From an uncultured Planctomycetia bacterium (lineage in GTDB: Bacteria; Omnitrophota; Gorgyraeia; 1-14-0-20-64-10), in contig CAZQXN010000001.1 in assembly GCA_964597545.1 (NCBI GenBank), forward strand, positions 69,655 to 133,654: DNA of 64,000 nt. The letters run 5' to 3'. Shown here piece by piece: positions 57,199-64,000 of this stretch. Every line of letters begins with the position of its first letter. The first letter of the stretch is position 1. The notes beneath the pieces are model-generated. The model saw only the letters and a list, made by a program, of their open reading frames with translations, did no database searches and was not told the origin of the DNA. The translations under genes and the position numbers were made by a program.

Positions 57199-58071
57199 TC
57201 ATGGAGGCAGAAGTTCGTAGAGCCGCTTCTGTTTTTCCGAGGGACACAAAAGCATATTTCCCCAGACGCCCATCGGATGGGTATAGGGCTGCGAGAAGAC
57301 CTTCACCCACTGGGCATTGTTCAGCCGATAAGCCTGATAGTTATGCCGCATCAACAGCGCACCGGTGGCCAGATCTTCTTCCGGGGTATGCGACTCCACC
57401 AGAAAAAGGGGCCTCTTCTGCCGGACGCAGGCATCGCATCCCTTCAGGGCCGCCGCTCCTCCTCCCTCGATGTCCATCTTGATGAAATCAGGCCCTTCGC
57501 GCGGCTTGGAGCCGTAAAAGAAGTTGTCCAGCGTCGTCGTCCTCACAACAACCCGCTCAGCAATGCCCCCTGCCTGACTTACCCAATCTCGATTAACCGA
57601 AGAGCAGCAAGGGTGCACCCCAAGGAACAGCTCCGCCTCTCCCGTTCTATCGGAGCACGCTTCTTCAACAAGCTGGACGTTCGCTGCTTCATTCAGAGAG
57701 AGATTCCTGCTCAATTTCTCAACAGCGGAGGGGGCCGGCTCAAACGCGTATACCACTCCCTTTCCGCGAAGGTGCCGGGAAAACCAGAGGGCATAGGTGC
57801 CGATATTCGCACCCAGATCGCAAACCACCGAGTTGTCCTGGAAAAGCTGCAGCGGAACGGAAATCTTGGAGAGCACCTGAAACTGTTCCGGCTCCCCCAA
57901 TCCCAAAATGGTATGATAATTGACAGAGCGATCGTAGACCATCCGCATCCCGCGCAGCGGCCCAAAGGAAAGACGGTACACCCTGCCCTCCCTGAAGTAG
58001 AGCCCAAGTGCCCTTCTCAGGATAGAGGATCTGAACCGCGCATATCTCAGATCTGCAATCAAGCGCCGCAC
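57199..58071 (-). CDS. FkbM family methyltransferase
   Basis: DLGANIG, VYAFEP, TTLD, IKMDIEG; GTG 58071 with SD. Confidence 0.9.
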   Translation of the reverse strand: MRRLIADLRYARFRSSILRRALGLYFREGRVYRLSFGPLRGMRMVYDRSVNYHTILGLGEPEQFQVLSKISVPLQLFQDNSVVCDLGANIGTYALWFSRHLRGKGVVYAFEPAPSAVEKLSRNLSLNEAANVQLVEEACSDRTGEAELFLGVHPCCSSVNRDWVSQAGGIAERVVVRTTTLDNFFYGSKPREGPDFIKMDIEGGGAAALKGCDACVRQKRPLFLVESHTPEEDLATGALLMRHNYQAYRLNNAQWVKVFSQPYTHPMGVWGNMLLCPSEKQKRLYELLPP

Positions 58072-58081
58072 GGCCCCTCCC

Positions 58082-59260
58082 TCAAGGGAAGTCCCTTGGC
58101 GTGAGTTGACGCAGCACAGGTGAAAACTGTCGTTCATAATTCCACTCCTCGAGGACCCGCTGCCTTCCCTTCTCTCCCATCGCATGAACCTCTAGGGGGT
58201 GCTCCAAGCACCAGCGCAAGGTTTCCGCAATGCTGTTTGGATCTCCGGGATCACATGCCAATCCATACCCTGGCTCCACATACATCCGCCTCCAATCCGG
58301 ATGATCAGGAACAAGCAGTGCCAGCCCTCGTGCCATGTACTCGAACGGCTTGTTCGAGGCGCCCACCATCCACTGCTCATTTATGTCCGGACTTTTCAAG
58401 GGCACCAAGCACAATCCGACTTGGCACGCGTCTAAGCGTTCGTGCAATTCCCTTCCTCTCGACAGCTCTCCCGCATACTCTACTCGGGATGTAATTCCAA
58501 GGCGGGAGGCAGCCTCTCGCAGTTGGTGCAAATACCCCCGGGAACCGACCGTCTCATATCCCACCACGCAAAGCGTCATCGTATCCGGCAGCTGAGCCAT
58601 GGCGCTCAATACCCCGAGTGGAAGCCGAGAAGATCCTATGGAGCCGCAATAGATCACCCGGAGGCCCGTGCCCATTGAAGGTCCTGGGCGGGGCGGAGAC
58701 ACTTCATCTCGAGAAGGGCAATTGTAGACGCAGTCCGCCGTGCGACAACCCAGCTGCGCCGAAAAGCGCTTGGTGCGTTCGGCGTTGGGCAGCAAGCAGA
58801 GTTTGGCCCGCCGGGAAAGCCGCCGTCTGCACCATAGAACAAACCGCATCCACATGCTCCCCGGCCAAGATTCCCCGGGAGAATCGTGCTCGTGATAGAT
58901 CACCCGAAGGCCAGGGAAATAACTGAACAGCATCCCCAAAGGAGCCGCCAAGGAATCGGAAACATAGATCCATTGAGGCCGCCACCGAACAACCCAGCTC
59001 ATCGCCCAAAAAAAGAACCCCAAGTAGTGGAGCTTCTGCTTCCATCCCGAAGGACAAAATGCCTGCTTTCGAACTTCAATGTTTGAGTGTGGCGACAGCT
59101 GCAGCGTGTCTCCTCCCAGCGAACTCGTTCCTAAGAAGAGCACTTTCCAGCCCTGCCGGGCCAAGAGATGCGAACTGCGGTCCAGCGGCGGGTAGCAAGC
59201 TGGATTCGTGTACTGAAGGTAGAGGATCCTCTTGCTCCCAGGGTGTCGGAGTGCGCTCAT
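58082..59260 (-). CDS. Glycosyltransferase family 4
   Basis: YPP, YHEHD, GASNKPFEYMA. Confidence 0.88.
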   Translation of the reverse strand: MSALRHPGSKRILYLQYTNPACYPPLDRSSHLLARQGWKVLFLGTSSLGGDTLQLSPHSNIEVRKQAFCPSGWKQKLHYLGFFFWAMSWVVRWRPQWIYVSDSLAAPLGMLFSYFPGLRVIYHEHDSPGESWPGSMWMRFVLWCRRRLSRRAKLCLLPNAERTKRFSAQLGCRTADCVYNCPSRDEVSPPRPGPSMGTGLRVIYCGSIGSSRLPLGVLSAMAQLPDTMTLCVVGYETVGSRGYLHQLREAASRLGITSRVEYAGELSRGRELHERLDACQVGLCLVPLKSPDINEQWMVGASNKPFEYMARGLALLVPDHPDWRRMYVEPGYGLACDPGDPNSIAETLRWCLEHPLEVHAMGEKGRQRVLEEWNYERQFSPVLRQLTPRDFP

Positions 59261-60603
59261 CTGGAGTCCAACAGCTTGCGATAGAGCGCGCTCATCTCAG
59301 AGGCAACGGTATCCATCCCTTTGGGTGCAGGGACTGCCCTGCCCAGACGCAAGACAAGGTTCCTGTCATTGCAAACCTCTCGAAGCCTCTGGGCCCATGC
59401 AGCTTCAGAATCGGCCTGCACCAAGAGGCCGTTGACACCATCCTGCACCAGCTCAGGGATTCCACCTAAGTTGGAAGCGATCACCGGAATGCCTGCAGCA
59501 AATGCTTCAAGCACAACCAAGGGGCCGGTCTCCAGCCACTGAGAGGGGACAGCCAGCAAATCGTACCCCTTAAGGCAATCTACCACGTCCGCAGCCGCTA
59601 TCGGTTCCCGGAAAGTGATTCTTGAGTCCGCGCCTGCCATGCTGCGTAACCGTTTGAGGTAGGCGATCTCACGCGAACCCTGCACCACTCCATAGAGGTC
59701 CAATGAAAGATGTGCTTGCGGTATCTGGCGTATCGCTCGAATAAGCAGATGAGCGCCCTTGACGGGGTCCATCCGGCCCAGAAAGGCCAAGCGAATCCCC
59801 GGAGCCTTGAACACACTTGCTTCGCTTGATGGGTCCTCGGAACAGCGCGCCCGATGCTCAGAGCGAACCTCCTGCATCAAGCCTTGGGGGGAAAGGGTAA
59901 TCTTTTGCAAAGGGACGCCGTTGCGCTCCAGCAAATCCTGAACCCAGGCGCACACTGCAACCATGTGGTCTGTCTCCGCAAAGAGCGCACGGACAGCGGT
60001 GAGGCGGACGGAGATGAGCTGGCGCATGCGCAAGGCGGTCCAGACCCCCCCGGACAAGCCAATCGAGGCAAGCGCTTGTCCCACGCTGATGGGTACGCGA
60101 CCGACGGCATCTGCCAATCCGCGGGGAAGCCCCAGGCCGTTTAATGCACACCGTGCGCACAAGTCCACATCCAGCCTGCCATCACACACCTTTTTCCCCC
60201 AGCGCAGAAGGGTACCCCTCTGGCAATTCACGGTAGGGGTATGATAGGTAAAAATGACCGGTATGCCTCTCTGCTTTGCCTGTCGGACGATCCGAACAGA
60301 AACCGCCGGCGTTAAGGCATGCATATGGACGATATCGGGGCGCTCCTGATCCAGAATGCAGCCAAAGGCCTTGGCTGCCTGCTCATCGCCCCCTCCATAT
60401 AAACTCTTAAGATCGGTTGCCGCTGAGGCAAAGCGGTAAACCGGAATTCCTTCGTGACGATACTCCTCATTTCTTCCGCCGGGAGCCGCCACTGCCACCT
60501 GAGCTCCGGCGCGCTGCAGGTGCCGGGCAAGCGCCTCGACATACACCTCGGTGCCGCCTATCGGATCTGGATGAAAGGTAAAGGGAGCTTGGAGGATTCT
60601 CAC
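59257..60603 (-). CDS. Glycosyltransferase family 4
   Basis: GGTEVY, FLGR..PVKG, PSQWLETGPLVVLEAFA. Confidence 0.92.
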   Translation of the reverse strand: MRILQAPFTFHPDPIGGTEVYVEALARHLQRAGAQVAVAAPGGRNEEYRHEGIPVYRFASAATDLKSLYGGGDEQAAKAFGCILDQERPDIVHMHALTPAVSVRIVRQAKQRGIPVIFTYHTPTVNCQRGTLLRWGKKVCDGRLDVDLCARCALNGLGLPRGLADAVGRVPISVGQALASIGLSGGVWTALRMRQLISVRLTAVRALFAETDHMVAVCAWVQDLLERNGVPLQKITLSPQGLMQEVRSEHRARCSEDPSSEASVFKAPGIRLAFLGRMDPVKGAHLLIRAIRQIPQAHLSLDLYGVVQGSREIAYLKRLRSMAGADSRITFREPIAAADVVDCLKGYDLLAVPSQWLETGPLVVLEAFAAGIPVIASNLGGIPELVQDGVNGLLVQADSEAAWAQRLREVCNDRNLVLRLGRAVPAPKGMDTVASEMSALYRKLLDSR

Positions 60604-61595
60604 CGGCCGGCTCGGAGCTTCGAGAGGGGCTTAAGCATCCTCTTGATCCGCTCGTAGGGGCTGCGTCCGACAAGGGTGGCCATAAACCGACGCAAGAATC
60701 CAGCGCGCAAAAGCAGGCTGGGCCGGAAGCGCAAAGCCCTTAAATAGCAACGGCGGGCGTCTGGGTTCATCTTCAAGAAGAAGTAGTTTTCCGCATGCTC
60801 TAAATACCGGGCTGCATGCGCACGCCGCCGAACCCGCTGCTTTTTCTTTTCGAGGGCGGGATTCTCCTCCCGTTCGCTGAAGATTTTATCCAGCACCCAA
60901 AAATCAGAGGGTTCCCGACTTCTATCCGAGGAGTAGCGAACATGGCGGTTTTCCGGGTGGACTCGGTAGTCAGCAACCACGCGGTTGAGGTAACAAAACT
61001 CAAATCTCCTAGCCATCATCAAGTGACAATACCAATCCTCATGGACAACGGCCCCTGGAATGGGAACGGCCCAATGCCAAGCATCTCGTCGAGCCAGCAA
61101 TGCAGAGGGGTTAATAAAATTCCTCTCCAAAAGTGATATAAACTCATTGCCTTTAAATCTGGATCCACCGTGTACGGTATCGCAAGCTTTCGAAGTAACT
61201 TCCCCGCTTTCATTCATTGTCACCACATCCCCATACACGAGGCCAACCTCCGGGTGGGCTTTGAAGATCTCGAGGGCTGAGGAGAAAAAGTTTGGTCGGT
61301 AGCGATCGTCGGCATCCAACCTGCCAATAAACTGTCCGCGGGCAAGGGTCACCCCCGCATTGACAACAGCGACAATTCCCAAATTCGTTGGGTGGGTTAC
61401 CACCCGAATGCGCGGATCGGTGAAGGAGCGTAAAACTTCCTGCGTGTCATCGGTTGAACCATCATCCACAATGATTATTTCAAAGCTGTGTTTCCCTCGC
61501 TGGTTAAAAATACTGGTGAGCGCCTCTTTCAGGTATCGGCCGTAGTTGTAGCAGGAGACGATAATGCTGATTGCTGGACCCTCGTGCTCGCTCAT
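60600..61595 (-). CDS. Glycosyltransferase family 2
   Basis: SIIVSCYN, VDDGSTD, LDADD, ED. Confidence 0.92.
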   Translation of the reverse strand: MSEHEGPAISIIVSCYNYGRYLKEALTSIFNQRGKHSFEIIIVDDGSTDDTQEVLRSFTDPRIRVVTHPTNLGIVAVVNAGVTLARGQFIGRLDADDRYRPNFFSSALEIFKAHPEVGLVYGDVVTMNESGEVTSKACDTVHGGSRFKGNEFISLLERNFINPSALLARRDAWHWAVPIPGAVVHEDWYCHLMMARRFEFCYLNRVVADYRVHPENRHVRYSSDRSREPSDFWVLDKIFSEREENPALEKKKQRVRRRAHAARYLEHAENYFFLKMNPDARRCYLRALRFRPSLLLRAGFLRRFMATLVGRSPYERIKRMLKPLSKLRAGR

Positions 61596-61596
61596 C

Positions 61597-62535
61597 TTAC
61601 GGGCAGCGCTCTCTCTGGCGTCTGAACATCTCTTTTCGCAGGCCAAGGCGATGACGGAGCGGCCTGGTCCAAGCCAGCAGGGGATACCACACTTGGAGAG
61701 ACCACTGCTCCAAAAGCAATGAACGCCTCCTGGAGATCCTCAGCGCACCTCCCCAGGAAAACCTTAGCCTCGTCGGGGTAAGCCGATGGTTGGCATCCTC
61801 CAGGGTGTAGCGTTTTCTTGGGCCCCCTGCCAGCTCTAGGCTGCGGATGCTCTCTGGGCTCTTGGCCACCTCATCCCAAACAGCAGCCGAGACATGCCCG
61901 TAATCGTGCTTCTGGTGGACGGCCTGGATGACTGCCGTAGCATCGATCAGCAGCGCCCCTTTAGTCCTGGCGTAAGCGAGCAACCAATGATCTGACCACC
62001 CGCGCCCAACTGCAAAAGCCGGCATCTCCTTTACGAAGCCCCGCGGAAAAACAAAGTAATCGATTGCAAAGGAAGAGCCGATTCGCCCGCGCTTGGCCAC
62101 ATCCGCCCTTAAAGAGGCCTCCCAGTTTCCCTTGAAGCGCATCGGCTCGCGCACGTCCAAGTTCCATCGGTGTCCGCACAGCAGGAAGGGCCGCTTCAGG
62201 CACACCACCCTTTGGACCGCCTTCATGAAGTCGCTCATCAGAATCATATCGGCGTTCAGGTGGCACAGAAAATCGGAGGTGGACATCTGCTCAACCCTTT
62301 TAAACATGTCGCTGATCAGTGGGGTGCCAAATTCGTTGGAAGCAACCTCAGGAACATGCGTTAGCCCAAGTTCCTCGCAGAGCTCTGCCGTACCCTCTTC
62401 ATTGCCAGACAGAATCACTTCTGGTTTCGGAGAGAGCTTGCTCCAGCTGGTAATCGCATTTCGCTGAATCAAGCCGATGTGCTGCTTAAAGGGTTTTGGA
62501 CAAGCAAAGAGAGTCAGCATGGCTGCTGCATTCAC
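61597..62535 (-). CDS. Putative glycosyltransferase (GT-A-like)
   Basis: PKPF..IQRNAI.SW, NEFGTP, NADMIL, DYFVF, GR..D.W, HQ.HDY. Confidence 0.72.
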   Translation of the reverse strand: MNAAAMLTLFACPKPFKQHIGLIQRNAITSWSKLSPKPEVILSGNEEGTAELCEELGLTHVPEVASNEFGTPLISDMFKRVEQMSTSDFLCHLNADMILMSDFMKAVQRVVCLKRPFLLCGHRWNLDVREPMRFKGNWEASLRADVAKRGRIGSSFAIDYFVFPRGFVKEMPAFAVGRGWSDHWLLAYARTKGALLIDATAVIQAVHQKHDYGHVSAAVWDEVAKSPESIRSLELAGGPRKRYTLEDANHRLTPTRLRFSWGGALRISRRRSLLLEQWSLQVWYPLLAWTRPLRHRLGLRKEMFRRQRERCP

Positions 62536-62545
62536 ATCGCCCCGT

Positions 62546-63844
62546 TTAGGTTTCTTCCAATAAAGCGCAATCCTCTCGGCTCAGCGGACGTCCACCCACC
62601 TTCCTATAAAGCGCTTGGTAAGTCCTCGCCGTCCTCTCCCACTCAAACAGGCGGATGCGCCCTGAACCGCGTTGGCGCAGCGTTTCTCTGAGCCGGGCAT
62701 CTGCGCTCATCCTGCGAAGCGCCTGGGCCATGCTCTCCGTTGAGGTGGGGTCAAAGAGAAGGACCGCATCGCCTCCATATTCAGGAAGGGAGGTCGCGCA
62801 TGAGCAAGCAACGGGAGCCCCTTCCTGGAAGGCTTCAGTGATGGGAAAGCCGCCACCTTCAAAAAGGCTTGGGAAAACGAGGAATTCTGCCAAATGATAA
62901 ATCGCCCGCAACTCCGAAGGACTCACGAAACCAAGAAAGTTGACTTGATTGTCTAACTTGAGCTTCCGGATGCGCGCCTCGATCTGGGGCCAGAAGCTAT
63001 TTTTCTTGCCCGTGCAAACCAGGTGGATCGCGAGGCCATCTCGATCTCGGAGCAATCTGAGGGCCTCCAGTAAGCGGATGTGATTTTTGTGAGCCCAGGT
63101 TTGCGCGGGATAGAAGGCAAAGGCCTCAGGCAGGCGGAATTTCCGCTTCGCCTTTGCAAGGATCTTGCCTGTTGTCTGATCGTACAGCTGCGTAGGGGAT
63201 CCTCTTAGAATGGCGTAAACCTTCCGGGCATCCACGTGATAGCGGCGGACAATGTCTCCTTTAACCCACCGGGACTCCGCCGCAATCGCTTGAGCGTGGC
63301 TGCAACCGGCACGGTAAATGGCTTCGCGCCAAGCCGCATCCTCCTTGGAGAAGAATTGGGGGAACTGCAAATGCTGGAGGTCGTGGGGATTAAAAATGGT
63401 CGGCAGGGAGCAGCGTATAAAACGTTGGTGAGGGAAGTGGAGGAGATCGACGCCCAGGGCTTCGTAGAAGCCGTCTGACTCGGGTACAAAAATGTTCGGC
63501 GTTTCCGGGGATTCGGGGGCAGCCTGAGGATGAATGCCTCTGTGCACGGCCCGCATAGGACGGCGCAGGGGGCCGAGCAAGCGTTTTGCCCTCTCCCAAT
63601 GCCCCGCCTTGGGCGGAGGCGTTATCGCCAGGCGTTGGCAAGCGCCCAGATAGGGCCTGAGTCGCCGATGGTACCTCCAGTGCCCTACGACTGTATATTC
63701 GATTGAGCCGTCGGAAAATCGCCCCAGGGCATGTAGGAGCCCTGTGACGAATTGCTCCACTCCGCCCCAATCGCCTAAAGATTCCAACTGCGCATCAATG
63801 GCAACCTTCAGCGGCTCAGTCCTATTTGGCCCCAGCGCAATCAC
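62546..63844 (-). CDS. Glycosyltransferase family 4
   Basis: HDLQH, YPAQTWAHKNH, FPSLFEGGGFPITEAF. Confidence 0.92.
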   Translation of the reverse strand: MIALGPNRTEPLKVAIDAQLESLGDWGGVEQFVTGLLHALGRFSDGSIEYTVVGHWRYHRRLRPYLGACQRLAITPPPKAGHWERAKRLLGPLRRPMRAVHRGIHPQAAPESPETPNIFVPESDGFYEALGVDLLHFPHQRFIRCSLPTIFNPHDLQHLQFPQFFSKEDAAWREAIYRAGCSHAQAIAAESRWVKGDIVRRYHVDARKVYAILRGSPTQLYDQTTGKILAKAKRKFRLPEAFAFYPAQTWAHKNHIRLLEALRLLRDRDGLAIHLVCTGKKNSFWPQIEARIRKLKLDNQVNFLGFVSPSELRAIYHLAEFLVFPSLFEGGGFPITEAFQEGAPVACSCATSLPEYGGDAVLLFDPTSTESMAQALRRMSADARLRETLRQRGSGRIRLFEWERTARTYQALYRKVGGRPLSREDCALLEET

Positions 63845-64000
63845 CCTTAAGATTCTGTGTCCCTGGCGATTCCAACATCACCCATCTCGGCCTGAATGAG
63901 AAGTTGCGCTCCTGAAAAAGGGGTGGGTTGAACGGCGCTTCAGCGCAAGCTCCCATCCCAAATGGGTCCGCTCTTTCTTTCCGGATCTAACGCACGGGAG

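Noticed and set aside
63845-64000. Partial gene at the right edge
   Set aside because: No frame gives a recognisable product within the available 156 bp.

Overview
Bacterial chromosomal window of moderately high GC, probably from a PVC-superphylum organism such as Ca. Omnitrophota (inference from gene content only). It contains the 5' part of an F0F1 ATP synthase operon (minus strand), a NUDIX/Minf_1886-like pair, a GT-C glycosyltransferase, a 9.4-kb giant gene, era, an NCS2-like permease, and a c-di-GMP-I riboswitch RNA ahead of a lipid/fatty-acid degradation cluster. It also has M23/M48 peptidases, two PilZ proteins and about 33 kb of surface-polysaccharide genes (beta-barrel, OPX/Wza, two Wzc, Wzy, gmd, fcl, many glycosyltransferases) in two convergent arms. 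The most striking object is the giant, probably secreted ORF (5941-15360). It is cut into domain-sized modules by ten in-frame copies of a nucleotide-conserved 13-bp site, CGGCCWGGAGGAG (peptide [S/A/G]G[L/Q]EE). The modules include a nucleotidyltransferase, two GHKL-like domains, two SAM methyltransferases and repeated unknown domains, which suggests a cassette-assembled polyprotein. Also notable: an intein with a LAGLIDADG endonuclease inside gmd, short palindromic repeats inserted in frame into era, and several structured intergenic elements. All calls are by eye from sequence motifs; no database search was run.
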